Source of the DNA: Octopus vulgaris
Lineage: Eukaryota
Length of the DNA: 64,000 nucleotides
Assembly (NCBI GenBank): GCA_951406725.2
Contig: OX597814.1
Location: 215,078,001 to 215,142,000, forward strand
Reading direction: 5' to 3'
The notes beneath the pieces are model-generated. The model was not told the origin of the DNA and searched no databases. It saw nothing but the letters and a program-made list of their open reading frames with translations. The translations under genes and the position numbers were made by a program. Positions within the stretch are counted from its first letter, which is position 1, and the number at the start of each line of letters is the position of its first letter. This document shows positions 13,243-30,190 of the stretch, one piece after another.

Positions 13243-14661
13243 ACAGCCCATAAAATTGTATATGTAATGTTTGAAAACAAAGATCACCTCAAGATATAGT
13301 AAATTTAAATGTGAACAAATTATTTAACGTAAGAGTATACATAATTAAAGAAATGGAAAAAAACACTTAAAGAAATACAAAATATAAAGTGAAAATACTT
13401 TTAAAAAATAAACAAAAACAAAAAGTAAATAACCAAACTGTAATCACCTAAGTTACAAATAAGTAATTACATACGTTTAAAATTTTAAAAAAAAGCAAAG
13501 GAGAAAGGATTGCGCCAAGAAAGTTCCGAACGTAAACAAGGGAAACATCAAAATCGATAACGCGCACGCAAAAAGAAAAGAATTACGATATTAACAAAAA
13601 TATATATAAGTTCAACGAAATATAAGATAAAAAGAGAAGAAATAATAGGAGAATTAAAGATAGAATATTTAGCAAGGATGAACGGAAGATAAAATCTGGT
13701 GACTATAATATTACCAAACTATTAACAAACTATACCTAGACATTCTGGAAACATTTGTATCATAAAAGTTGGAGCAATTGGCTTATGAAGCAGCCGTAGA
13801 AACTACAAAGAAACACGAATGCAACCTCAAAAACTTTCATGAAAGAAGACGCAAATCTATAGAAGCATCACAAGAAAAGAAAAGAAAAATAAGGAAAATG
13901 TTAATCTTTAATGAAATGGAAAATGAACATATACTAGTTGAAAAGAAGGAATTTACAATACCAGTTAACAAAGAAATCTTAGAACTTCGAGAACTACATA
14001 ATCTTGAAAAATCGCAAAATCAAAAACTAAATAAATAAATATAACAAAAAATCATTAAAAATGCGAGGAGTGACAACAGAAATTGACTGGTATTTATTTT
14101 ATTGATCCCTAAAGAAGGATAGGTTATAGTCTGTCTTGGAGGAATTTGGAACCACAATGTAAAGCATTTTGTTATCTTATTTATTCCATAAACACTGTTT
14201 TCTGATGTTCCTTAATAAACAAGACGAAACACTAAAGTAACAAAAGAAATTACAAAATAACAGCGCAACATAGCAGAAATTAAGATCTAACATCGGAATA
14301 CTAAGTACAAGGTCACAAATCTAGTGGAGAGCATTACAAATTAAATTTCTCCAGTATTTGTCTGGTTCTAATTTCATCAACACAAGAATGATATAAGACA
14401 GATTTGGCTTAGGTGGGATTTGAACTCAGAACGTAAAGAAATATAGATGAATACAATATCTAACAGAAAACAATTGAGAAACAAGAAGAGCTGACCGTGG
14501 AAATTAAATAAGTATATATATCAATGGAGACACCTTCTCCATACGTCTCTGAGAGATAATAGTCAAATATAGCCGAGCCCTCCAAGATATTTTATTTTTA
14601 TTGACGCAAAGTAAATAACTGCCAAAATACTTCAGAAATAACGGAAAGAAAAGATATAATA

Positions 14662-15247
14662 TTTTCTACTCTAGACACAAGGTCCAAAATTTGGGGGAAG
14701 GGGCCTGTCGATTTGATCGACCCCAGTACGCAACTGATACTTAATTTATCGACCCCAAAAAGATGAACGGCAAAGTCGACCTCAACGGAATTTGAATTCA
14801 GAACGTAAAGACAGATGAAATACCTATTTCTATTTCTTTACTACCCACAAGGGGCTAAACACAGAGAGGACAAACAAGGACAGACAAAGGGATTAAGTCG
14901 ATTACATCTACCTCAGTGCGTAACTGGTCCTTAATTTATCGACTCCGAAAGGATGAAAGGCAAAGTCGACCTCGGCGGAATTTGAAATCAGAACGTAGCG
15001 GCAGACGAGATACCTATTTCTTTACTACCCACAAGAGGCTAAACACAGAGAGGACAAACAAGGACAGACAAACGGATTAAGTCGATTATATCGACCCCAG
15101 TGCGTAACTGGTACTTATTTAATCGACCCCGAAAGGATGAACAGCAAAGTGGACCTCGGCGGAATTTGAACTCAGAACGTAACGGCAGACGAAATACCGC
15201 TAGGCATTTCGCCCGGCGTGCTAACGATTCTGCCAGCTCGCCGCCTT
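14662..15247 (-). mobile_element. SINE family B tandem trimer (B2-B2-B1)
   Basis: Three head-to-tail bodies joined at GAAATAGGTATTTC. Confidence 0.8.
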
Positions 15248-15485
15248 GAAGGAAAAGATATAATGCAAAATCCATCGGAAGGATAAACTACTTATTTTTA
15301 CTCTCATTACAAAAGTGTTGCATATCTAGCTTGGTACATATAAGATGTCTGTAGATGTCACTTATTTACAAAAATGGTCAAGGAGTGAAGGATGGCATAA
15401 TCTGGAGAATAGTGTTTTGTCAAAAATACCAACAAGAATATCATCGATGTAGGAAGAATTGTAGCAAATATATCCAAACCCCGAA

Positions 15486-15716
15486 GGCGGCGAGCTGGTA
15501 GAAACGTTAGCAAGCCGGGCGAAATGCTTAGCGGTATTTCGTCTTCCGCTACGTTCTGAGTTCAAATTCCGCCGAGGTCGACTTTGCATTTCATCTTTTC
15601 GGGGTCGATTAAATAAGTACCAGTTACACACTGGGGTCGATGTAATCGACTTTATCCCTTTTTCTGTCCTTGTTTCCCCCCTCTATGTTTAGCCCCCTGT
15701 GGGTATTACAGAAATA
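15486..15716 (+). mobile_element. SINE family B (B2 tail), full length with TSD
   Basis: Head GGCGGCGAGCTGG...GAGTTCAAATTCC, central CCTTTCATCCTTTCGGGGTCGAT-type segment. About 18-bp TSD TATATYCAAACCCCGAAG. Confidence 0.85.
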
Positions 15717-16342
15717 GGTATATTCAAACCCCGAAGAAGGTATGATTTTATAAATTGTTGACCGAATCTACGGTGACACAAGAAGGAAGACGCATGAGAT
15801 TCTTAAAGGTCGATAAGTTTACTATGATTTGCTCGTGTCAAATACAATCCAAGAATTTGCTTTCAATAAAATGGGCATAAGATTTTCTACCAAGTTTCCA
15901 TCACATTCAAGGTGTTAGAATTGGGATCGACAACCCAGAAGTTAGCAAGGTCAGAGAGGTTGTCATTCTTATAAATACTTCATGTTATTTCCATTAAGTA
16001 TGTTCTCTACAGACAATGAGAGAGAGAAGCTGAAGAATTTGGTAAAGGTAGGGTCAGCTTGAAAGCACACTGTTTGAGAGTGGTAATAAGAATGGCTGTT
16101 TCTTGAAAAACAAATAAAAAATATTTATTATAGGTTTTGTGGTTATTAAATAATTATTAACGAATAACAACATTTGAGCGGTTGCGTGTTGCGTTCATAA
16201 TAATCACACTAGTATTTAATATTCATATAAATTTTCCATAGTTTATATTAACTGAGTATTTGAATTTGCATTTTTAAACAACTGAATAAATTGACCAGCA
16301 TTCAAGAGATATTGAATGGAATAACTATAAGTTATATATATA

Positions 16343-16495
16343 GGGTTCGTTCCCATTGCCTGGCACCTTGGGCAAGTGTCTTCTACTATAGCCTCAGGCC
16401 GACCAAAGCCTTGTGAGTGGATTTGGTAGACGGAAACTGAAAGAAGCCCGTTGTATATATGTACCACAACTCGTGTTCCACATCTCCTTTTTTAA

Positions 16496-16530
<35 letters not shown>

Positions 16531-16790
16531 CACATATATATATATATGTATGTATGTATGTATGTATATGTGTGTATATGTTTGTGTGTCTGTGCTTGTC
16601 CCCCCCCCCCCAACATCGCTTGACAACCGATGGTGGTGTGTTTACGTCCCCGTAACTTAGCGGTTCGGCAAAAGAGACCGGTAGAATAAGTACTAGGCTT
16701 ACAAAGAATAAGTCCTGGGGTCGATTTGCTCGACTAAAGGCGGTGCTCCAGCATGGCCGCAGTCAAATGACTGAAACAAGTGAAAAAAAA
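16343..16790 (+). mobile_element. SINE family A (5'-truncated)
   Basis: Collinear with the other family A copies. Confidence 0.8.
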
Positions 16791-17705
16791 AAAGAGAGAT
16801 AATACGATGATCAAATTATACAGAAGTAATTAAAATGCTTTATCAACATGCTGACTGACACAGCTTCGAATGTCATTGTAGGTAAGCAAGCTTTGGGTGA
16901 TACAGATCCGTAGTGATATAAATCTGAAAATTCCAAACCTCAGTTTTTTATAACATCCCACGGAATTTCGAGAAAATTCGACCAGACTACTTGACGAAAG
17001 ATTTCAGCTCGCTTGGTTACCCATCAAACGATTTGTACTGGTAGAACCGTATTTCTGTTGGCGTTATGTCTTCTATATCGGTACAGTTAATGTTTCATAG
17101 CTCGCCTTGCCTTTTATGACAACATGGTAGGCGTAGTCCTGAGCTGTGAATCTGAACGCACTAGTTCGCTACAGATATATCGATAATAGTACTGTGGAGA
17201 CCTTATGTGTGTGTTATATAGCCAAGTTTTGTTAGATGAGATAATTCATAGTTGTTGTTGTTGTTCTCGTTTGCCTCCTGCTCAATCATAATCGATCTAA
17301 CTCGAGATCAAGACTTCCAGATGTGATCATCACGTCATATATTTGGACAGGTATCTTGGATCGCATTATCCAGCGCATCTTTTACTTCCGTTTTCAAAAC
17401 ATTAGATATGATTTAAGAGAAATTTGGCTGATAGTTCTGCTACATTGAGTAAATACGTAACTTTCTTGTTGGCGTTTAGAGTGCTTTCTTTTTTGCGTTC
17501 TTTAAGACCCGAACTGGCAGAATCCTTAGCATGCCGGATAAAGTGCTTGGTAGCATTCTTCCGACTTTAGTTCCTGGCTTTAAATTCTGCCTTTCATCCT
17601 TTTGAGGTCGATAAAATAAGTACCAGATAAAATAAGTACCACTGAGGTTGATGTAATCGGACAGTCGCTTCCCAGAAAATTCCGGACCTTGTGCCAATAG
17701 TACAA

Positions 17706-19028
<1,323 letters not shown>

Positions 19029-19029
19029 T

Positions 19030-19620
19030 TAGTGTTAGATTTATTGTGCGCTTTCACTGCATTGCCGAGCGTAGCTCTGTGTGCCTTTGTTATATGCAAT
19101 ATTCTGTTTTGATTTTGTAGTTTCTATTGCATTTCATGTAATTTAAATATGTATTCAATAACTTGTATTGTTATTTTCTGCATGGAGTGTTTATTTGTCA
19201 GTCGGGCGTAAAGATATGAATCTGCGTGTATTTGGATACTTCTCAGGGCACCTATTAAAATAAAGATTGTTCAGCCTCCACATCCCTGCAATACTTGTTT
19301 TAAAATCTTTATATTTTGATAACTTCATTCCTTTGAAAAATATATTATCCTTTTCGGATGTTGATGTTTCTATGGGAAGCATATTCTTTCCCAACAATTA
19401 TGTTTGTGTTGCCATATCTTAGATTATAGTCGCTTTGTCATTACTTTGTGTGGCATATGCGTACATTACCTCTTGCAGTTGGTATTTCATAATACTGACA
19501 ATGTGCAAGCCCAACACTGTCCAATTTGTAGATGTACTCTTTCTTGGTTTTGACTGGGCGATCAGAAATAACGTACTTAAGAGCGCTGTAGTTCGCTTGA
19601 AGCGTTGTAGTACAGAAGTT
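19030..19620 (-). mobile_element. Dong/R4-like RLE LINE 3' remnant
   Basis: Degenerate KEYIY..DSVG..CQYYEI and KLSKYKD...MWRL segments. The 3' end abuts (TAA)n on the minus strand. Confidence 0.5.
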
Positions 19621-20142
19621 GAAGAAGAGGGAAATAGAGAATTCGTCTAACACCAAAGTGTTAAAGATAGTCACCTCGGAGAGGAACATAGGTAATCTTC
19701 GTATCAAAGAAATAATATTGATACATCGCCTCAACCCGAAAATCAATAGTTGATCGGAGATGGACTGGTGGCTCCAACGAATACATCACGGTGACTACGA
19801 CCAACATCATAACATACGCCACCAACACTACCTCTCACCGACACCACGTGAAAATACGTTTCAACGACTAACAATTGGAAAGTTGATACTGCTGCTTACA
19901 AAACGCCGAGTCGTTTAAAATAAAAACCCGAAATCGATGTAACCACACATTCCTTAGACTGCTTCCTTCTGAAGATAGGCCTTTGCGCCCGAAATATAAA
20001 GATTATGTAAAATTTCTGCAATGTTAGAAGCTTTCTTTAATTCCCCTTTCTTTTTTCTTAAATAATGTACTTAATTGTTTCTTTCTCCCCTTCACATATT
20101 CTACAGTTTATTGAAATGACTCTGCTCCATTACATGGATGGA

Positions 20143-20520
20143 AGCACTCCGTCGGTTACGACGACGAGGGTTCCGGTTGATCCGAATCAACGGAACAGCC
20201 TGCTCGTGAAATTAACGTGTAAGTGGCTGAGCACTCCACAGACACGTGTACCCTTAACGTAGTTCTCGGGGATATTCAGCGTGACACAGAGAGTGACAAG
20301 GCCGGCCCTTTGAAATACAGGTACAACAGAAACAGGAAGTAAGAGTGAGAGAAAGTTGTGGTGAAAGAGTACAGCAGGGATCACCACCATCCCTGCCGGA
20401 CCCTCGTGGAGCTTTAGGTGTTTTCGCTCAATAAACACTCACAGCACCCGGTCTGGGAATCGAAACCGCGATCCTACGACCACGAGTCCGCTGCCCTAAC
20501 CACTGGGCCATTGTGCCTCC
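20143..20520 (-). mobile_element. SINE family C-related (different head/body, tail Y)
   Basis: Head GGAGGCACAATGGCCCAGTGGTTAGGGCAGCGGAC...GGTTTCGATTCCC. A tail Y fragment also occurs at about 4285-4388. Confidence 0.78.
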
Positions 20521-20800
20521 GCTCCATTACAAGCTGTTTGTTGTTTCTTGCGGAAAAGCTTTTACCTTGTGCCACAATCAAGAACCCTTCAATATCCCTC
20601 AACCATCTCTCAACCTCAGCAGTTTCCCACCCTGTGCAGTGTTTTGTCACATATTGGCCCTGAAGGGTCTTTTGTCCCATTTTTAGCTTATATTTTGGCC
20701 TTTCGCACCTTCTGTTTCTTAATCTTTCTCCTTTTTCGTCATAACCAATCTAAACATTTGAACCTCTGCTTTCTACCTGTTGGTTTCTTGGAAAACAGAA
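20521..20800 (-). mobile_element. Dong/R4-like LINE fragment (post-RT region)
   Basis: LQGQY...WLRDIEGFLIVAQGKSFSARN resembles the LHGQY...ETEGFLIAAQDQ..RNY motif. It may be the upstream part of the 19030-19620 element. Confidence 0.5.
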
Positions 20801-20849
20801 GATAGCTTGAATTTTAAAAATTTGTCCCTTCTATCGTTATTTGCATTAC

Positions 20850-21049
20850 TCTTTTACTTGTTTCAATCATTTGACTGCGGCAATGCTGGAGCACAGCTTT
20901 TAGTCGAATCAAATCGACCCCAGGACTTATTCTTTGTAAGCCTAGTACTTATTCTATCGGCCCCTTTTGCCGAACCGCTAAGGTACGGGGACCTAAACAC
21001 ACCAATATCGGTTGTCAAGCGATGTTGGGGGCACAAACACAGATATTCA

Positions 21050-21090
<41 letters not shown>

Positions 21091-21254
21091 CATATATACG
21101 ACGAGCTTCTTTCAGTTTCCGTCTACCAAATCCACTCACAAGGCTTTGGTCGGACCGAGGCTATAGTAGAAGACACTTGCTCAAGGTGCCACGCAGTGGG
21201 ACTGAACCCGGAACCATGTGGTTCGTAAGCAATCTACTTACTACACAGCCACTC
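20850..21254 (-). mobile_element. SINE family A
   Basis: Collinear with the other family A copies. Confidence 0.8.
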
Positions 21255-21375
21255 AGATTTTGTTTGTTTCTTTTTTGTTTTGTAGTCTGACGGTTGATAT
21301 TTTATAATAGTTTCCGTGGTAAATATAATATTGCTGTGTTCGATTTTAAAGGAAAAACATGCTTTGTAGTCATTA

Positions 21376-21414
<39 letters not shown>

Positions 21415-21728
21415 TGTGTGTGCGTGTCTGTGTGTGTGTGTGTGTGTGTGTTGCATGTGTGGTGTACAAGCTTATGTGGAATGTGGACTGCAATATGCTG
21501 ACAAGACTGTCTCATGAAGATAACTGAATCAAGCAATGTAAGGAAAGAAACGGTGAAATTATTCGATCGTGGAATTCAAAATGACAAATGTATTTATCGG
21601 TTCGCTCCGATTGTTATTAGCTGTTTACTGGATTGGCTTTCACTCACCATGTCTTTTAACAGACATCTACTTCCACACTATCCTTTACCATGAAAGTGAA
21701 TGAACACGCGTAGCTAATTATTATAATA

Positions 21729-22114
21729 CTAGCAGTATCGCCCGGCGTTGCTCGGGTTTGTAAGGGAAATAACTATATAAGCATTTTTAGAGAGTTATAG
21801 CCAAAAAGTAGCCAAAAAATGCATTAAAAATGGAAAAAAAATTATGGTAAATTTTTTTTTAAATCGTTGACTCATCGTAGACATTTTTAGAGAGTTACTT
21901 CCCTTATATACTAGCGACAAAAATGCATTAAAATGGAAAAAATGATGGTAATTTTTTTTTAAATCGTAGACGCGCGCTAATACCCAGAAGGGCTCGATAT
22001 GAATCACGACTATAAGATACCCAGTTTTGGTTACACTGCACCGCAAAATGTGGGAGTAGTTAGGAATCTAAATCGTAGGAGACAGACACACAACTTCACT
22101 TTTATATATAAAGA
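21729..22114 (-). mobile_element. non-autonomous Helitron
   Basis: On minus, A|TC 5' end and a 3' hairpin CCCGAGCAACGCCGGG followed by CTAG|T, with no TSD. Three copies in the window. Confidence 0.85.
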
Positions 22115-22649
22115 TGTGGACTGGTGTATTCGTGTTGCAAAAATGATGACAGTCTCATTAATTATAGAGACTTGTGCTCTGTTCAAAACGACGTGTGAAA
22201 CAATTGGTAGATTCGTTACCGAAAGACTTTGTATTTAGCAGTAAAGTATTACATTTCGATCCTGGTTTACAAACCGGAACCAATAATTCGTAAATGGGAT
22301 GGTGCTTGTCGCTCATCGAAAATGTGTTATGGCGATGTATAAGTAAATAGACACTCCCAACGTAAAAACTGATAGGTTATAAACTAAAAACATTTTTATT
22401 GGTCCAGTGAACGGTTGAGATTTTTTGAGAAAGCGTTTACCATCGATTTACTGTCTTTAACTCTTAACTATTGAATTGCTCGAAGACATCGAGAATGTAA
22501 TCAACAAAGACTGTTGTAAAGTAACATGATACACCAGCAACTGAAGTAATGCGTAACATTGTCCCGAAAGGTTAGTTTTGAGCTTATGCGACATCAGTTA
22601 TTTGGTGTAACCGCTAAACGAGGCATTTGGTAATATTTCTACTTGTAAG

Positions 22650-23065
22650 GGTGGCGAGCTGGCAGAATCGTTAGCACGCCGGGCGAAATGCGTAGCCGTA
22701 TTTCGTCTACCGATACGTTCTGAGTCCAAATTCCGCCGAGGTCGACTTTGCCTTTCATCCTTTCGGGGTCGATTAAATAAGTACCAGTTACGCACTGGGG
22801 TCGATGTAATCGACTTAATCCGTTTGTCTGTCCTTGTTCGTCCCCTCTTTGTTTAGCCCCTAGTGGGTAGTAAAGAAATAGGTATTTCGTCTGCCGCTAC
22901 GTTCTGAGTTCAAATTCCACCGAGGTCGACTTTGCCTTTCATCTTTTCGGGATCGATTAAATAAGTATCAGTTACACACTGGAGTCGATGTAATCGACTT
23001 AATCCCTTTTTCTGTCCTTGTTTGTCTCCTCTATGTTTAGCCCCCTGTGAGCAATACAAAATAAA
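22650..23065 (+). mobile_element. SINE family B dimer
   Basis: The second unit starts at GGTATTTCGTCTG. Flanking duplication AATATTTCTACTYGTA. Confidence 0.8.
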
Positions 23066-23299
23066 TAAATATTTCTACTCGTAGTTTCAAGTGGTATCTG
23101 ACACCTTGCCTTTTCATTTATATTGTGTAATTTAATCTCGACATTCAATAATGAAAGTATTCAAAGAATAGAAGTCTCGATCATGTCTTCAATATCGTTC
23201 CATAGTTAAGTCTGATCACTGTAAACCAGCCCGCATTCGCTAATTGTGTCCAACGGTTTAATGAATGCTACAAATGCTACAAAAATAAAGATACTATAA

Positions 23300-23705
23300 T
23301 CTTTACTCTTTTACTTGTTTCAGTCATTTTGACTGCGGCCATGCTGGAGCACCGCCTTTAGTCGAGCAAATCGACCCCGGGACTTATTCTTTGTAAGCCC
23401 AGTACTTATTCTATCGGTCTCTTTTGCCGAACCGCTAAGTTACGGGAACGTAAACACACCAGCATCGGTTGTCAAGCAATGCTAGGGGGACAAACACAGA
23501 CACACAAACACACACATACCTATACATATATATACATATATACGACAGGCTTCTTTCAGTTTCCGTCTACCAAATCCACTCACAAGGCATTGGTCGGCCC
23601 GGGGCTATAGCAGAAGACACTTGCCCAAGATGCCATGCAGTGGGACTGAACCCGGAACCATGTGGTTGGTTAGCAAGCTACTTACCACACAGCCACTCCT
23701 GCGCC
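23300..23705 (-). mobile_element. SINE family A, full length (tRNA-like head, CORE-like ACCTTGGGCAAGT, central (TA)n(TG)n, CR1-like tail)
   Basis: Head GGCGCAGGAGTGGCTGTGTGG...GGTTCAGTCCC (A/B-box-like) and tail (AGTAAAAG)n. More than 15 copies or fragments in the window. Confidence 0.85.
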
Positions 23706-24800
23706 TATTATTACCATATTACTATATTACCAAAATATTATAATGCTTTTTTGATTTACATAATATTATCGTTATTCCAGAAATTCTTTCATCCCTCACG
23801 TATTGAGGGTCATAGTGTTTATTTATTGACAGTAAACTACGGTATTTGATCTTTAGACCTGTAAGGCCCCCAACCGAACTACCAAATGAGTCCATGACTT
23901 AAGATAGCTCCGGCGGTGTGATAAACACCTCTTTGTTCCTCTCATTTTACTTATCACTTGCTATTCTGTTGCTTAACATCTTCATACTTCCACCAAGCTC
24001 ATTATTATTATTCGTTTTTATGTGATCCCATACTGTATCGTCCTGAAATGCCCCAGAACGTTTGTCAAACTTTGGTGGTTCATACACTGTTATAAGCCTT
24101 TTATGGGTTAGCTTTGCTTTTCATTCTTCTGGAGTCGATGAAAAAAGTACCAGTTGAGCACTGAGGTCAGTTGAATCAATTATTATAATCCTCTCCACAA
24201 AATTTCTGCCCTTGTACCTATAGTAGAAAGAATTATTAAGGCAGCGAGCTGGCAGAGTCATGAGGAGACTGGGCAAAATACTTAACATTTTGTCCGTCTT
24301 TACGTTCTGGGATCAAATTCCGGCGAGGTCTTCTTTACCTTTCATCTTTTGGGGTCGACAAATTAACCAGTTGCGTACTGATGCCGATGTGATCAACTGA
24401 CCCTCACCCCCACAAAGTCCAGGCCCTGTGCCTGTAGTAGAAAAGATTATTGGTGTTGTTGTTGTTGTCGACATTAATGAGATAGCGAGACGTGTCATTG
24501 ACATAAAAAATATTGCAATGTTTTATCTTGTATTGTTGTGTGCTTTTTTAGAGTGTTTCCATTATTTCTATTCTTCAAGATAATGTTTATGCTTCAATAA
24601 CATGTTCCAGTATTCCAATATTTTTTATATTAGCCTTTTGTTTGTTATTATTGTAGAAGCCTAACTATCTGACATTACATAAAGAGGGGAATATTAACAG
24701 ATTTATAATACTGATGGCGGGATGTTAATTGTGATAATGTTCGTGATGGTTGTTATGATGGTGGTATTGAAATAAAATTAATCTTTATTCTTCTTCACAG

Positions 24801-24966
24801 CCCGTACTCTCCACCGTTATTTGGAATGGCACAATCATGGAAAAGAATGGCCATCTGTGAAAATGCCGGTTAACGATGTGCTTTATTACACAATCAAAAG
24901 AATTAATGAAGCTGCAGGAATCTACCAAATGTTCCAAGTCCTCATTGATGTCATTATTTTGAACGA
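24801..24966 (+). CDS. FOXRED2: FOXRED2 coding exon (absent from the ORF track)
   Basis: Hand translation gives ARTLHRYLEWHNHGKEWPSVKMPVNDVLYYTIKRINEAAGIYQMFQVLIDVIILNE, similar to human RAVHRLLEHRHH...[22 protein letters not shown]. Acceptor ttcacAG, donor GTaagt at 24967. Phases are consistent. Confidence 0.94.
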
Positions 24967-25234
24967 GTAAGTCTGGTGAATTATCTTTTGGAAACAGTTT
25001 TAGGCAAACGACCTCGTCTCTGTCTCAAAAATAACGATTACTTTCAGAAGTAATAGAAATGGTTTCTTTTTTTTTTCTAATATCCTCGATGATATAATTG
25101 AAGTGTAATACAGTAAGGTTTATAGATTCAGTTTACCAACGGTGAACTCCCACAATATCTTACTCGCTCATTCCCTTCTCAATATAAAATCAAATCTTTA
25201 AACTCAAACGAATATATTCACGCACACGCACACA

Positions 25235-25313
<79 letters not shown>

Positions 25314-26694
25314 ACACACACATATTTAAGGCCTCAACGGGTTCTGCTTCTTTTAACAATATTGAAAGAAATCAAAGGGTAAAAGACCTAATAACATTAA
25401 AACAGCATCTGAACAAATTCCTCCAAGAAATACATCTCAACAAAGAACTTCGTGACTGAGTGGGCTATGACGCCCAAAAACATGACACGAACCCCAAGAG
25501 GTGCAATTACGTTAGACAAGGCCTGAGATGATAGTGGCCAAAACCTCTCGCTCTTACTCTCTCACTCTCTCTCTCTCTCTCTTCTCTATGTATGTATGTA
25601 TGTATGTATAATCGGTCTAAGTTATATATATAGTATGTAAATGTAAAAAGCTAATAAGTAACAAAAGTGTTTAGGTAGCAGTGCATTACGGCCGTTTCAA
25701 CTCGCTTCATTTAATCGATCAATGAAAACATTACGCTCTCCTATATCTATATTTTAAATAATACGCAATATTTTAAGTAAAAATTTTCTTGTTCTGTACT
25801 TTACCAGATGTAATAAGTTGTCCTGAACTTTCCCAAGTGTAATAACTTGTCCTGTAATTTTCCAGGTTTATAATCTTAAGAATATTATTTCTCTTGCTCG
25901 CATTTCTCCATGTATATTATACCATGAATATTACGGAGAGAAGTTACAAACCCCTTCACAATCCATAGAAATTACACCAGTATATATGAGGGTATATAGA
26001 TATATAAAATACAATAATATAAGATAGAAGAAGAGTAAATGAAATAAAATAACAATGAATAGATGGAAAAAGATTTTTGTATGAAATTCCAATAAAGAAT
26101 TTATAAAATGAAAAAATAAATATAAAGATAAAAAATTTACATTGCGAATGCTATAAAATGTATACTGGATATAAAAAAGATAAAAGATAAAAAATAAGGA
26201 TAAGTCAAGGTATTTGTAACAAAAGCTAATTTTAAAATAAATGAAATAAGATAAGGATGCCGTTGGAAATAGCATTATAAAATATTTGTAAGATAGGTTA
26301 TTACAGGCACAGATATGTATGGAATCATGACAGTTCATTGGGGATATATAATATACTTGAGGGAGGCGTAAGATCTGGTAATCCATTGTAGGTATTCATA
26401 TTATGACTGATAGGGAAGAAAATCTTAGAACCGAAGGGGAAATAGTGTAATATAAGCATAGGAGGAATGCAGATTAAACAGGTAGAGGTTATAAGAGGGC
26501 AATATTACGTATAATCCCATACAATAGAGGGTATATTATGAAAGATATGACACCCCAGATAATTTCTGCCAGAAAATCATAGTATGATATGTATAATATT
26601 ATTTGTTTCTAAAATTTCTGAAGGTACGGTCGATTCTATGTACATGGTGTAATATAATGCAATCTGGTATTTATTTATATATATTTTATAATTG

Positions 26695-26759
<65 letters not shown>

Positions 26760-26760
<1 letters not shown>

Positions 26761-27071
26761 GACTCCGCCGGCGACGAGGGTCCCAGCTGATACGATCAAC
26801 GGAACAGCTTGCTCGTGAAATTAACGTGCAAATGGCTGAGCATTCCACAGACACGTGTACCCTTAACGTAGTTCTCGGGGATAATCAGCGTGACACAGAG
26901 AGTGACAAGGCTGACCCTTTGAAATACAAGTACAACTCATTTTTGCCAGCTGAGTGGACTGGAGCAACGTGAAATAAAGTGTCTTGCTCAAGGACACAAC
27001 GCGTCGCCGGGAATCGAACTCACAACCTTACGATCATGAGCCGAATGCCCTAACCACTAAGCCACGCGCCC

Positions 27072-27075
<4 letters not shown>
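26760..27075 (-). mobile_element. SINE family C (tail Y) in (TA)n
   Basis: Head and body as in the 41381 copy, tail as in the 20143 copy. Confidence 0.8.
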
Positions 27076-27151
<76 letters not shown>

Positions 27152-28304
27152 GTAGTATTTTTTATTCTCTCTTATATCCTTTGAGATTTTTTCGTAATGT
27201 TGATAATTTTTCTATAAATATATTTTTTTAAGGTTTTTAAATACGTTTACCTGGTATAGAAATATTTTATTTCTTTAGCCATTAATCTTTGGTTTCGATT
27301 CAATAGAAAATGTGTACCCTTACTCAGATGAGATCTGAATTTAATTACAGGTTCATTATTGTGTAGTTTTACATGACCACCTAAGAATTATGCAAGGAAG
27401 ACGCATTATGAGGTTTCTCTTATATATACAAATACCCCACTTTTATGGCTTAGGTTGATTTATCACTCCTTCTCTTACTTGGTTCTTAAATCGTTTTCTA
27501 AATTTTAATAGTTTAATATATAAATTTCGCTAAGTTTGGATACACATTTTTTCCCGTACTTTTAATTCCCACACTTAGATCTCATTGTGGCCTCTTTTGT
27601 TTCCCATTTTAGGCCCCTTTTATTCCATAATCATAAGTTAAGTCACCCCTGTCCTTCCTCTTTCTGGTTATCACCTCTTCTCTATACATCATTATCTTAC
27701 TAGCAACTTCTGAGTGAGATTCTTTTATGTAGATATGGCTAGGTTTATGGTCCCAGTAAAATAGGGGCAGGGAGAGTATCTGACATAATTTATCACCACC
27801 AACAAGAACTTAACTGTCAATTCACAATGGATTTAATTCTAAGGATTTGTAGACAACATGCAGCATTTAGTATTTTGAATGTGATAAAGAAAAAGATGAA
27901 TGTAGCTATATCGCCATTCTTCTTCCTTGACCCCCTTTATTTTCTTCTGCTTTTCAATATTATAGCAGGCTTTAAGTATTTTTCCCTAAGTTCATTTGCC
28001 ACATAAATAGCAAAGAGAAGCAATGTAAATATTTTAGTCTCTAATACTGATGCTAAAAATGTTACCATGGTGTATTTTTATGCTGGAAATCTATATGTTC
28101 GTCTGAGGAGAGCGGTGTATTTCAAATTGATGTAATGTTTTCACTGATCGATTAAATCGAGTGACTTGAAACGGCCGTAATGCACTGATACCTGGACATC
28201 CCTGTTATTTGATTTTTATTCAACAAACTTTGAACTGTGCAGACCATACAAGACTAACTTGGTGCCTCAACTTAAGTACCCAATTCAAGTGCATCTTAAT
28301 TATT

Positions 28305-30190
<1,886 letters not shown>

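Noticed and set aside
13769-14038. lysine/glutamate-rich 89-aa ORF
   Set aside because: A-rich low-complexity sequence with no splice or homology support; possibly decayed TE.
25931-26386. 151-aa hydrophobic ORF
   Set aside because: T-rich compositional artefact (F/I/Y/L) with no recognisable motif.
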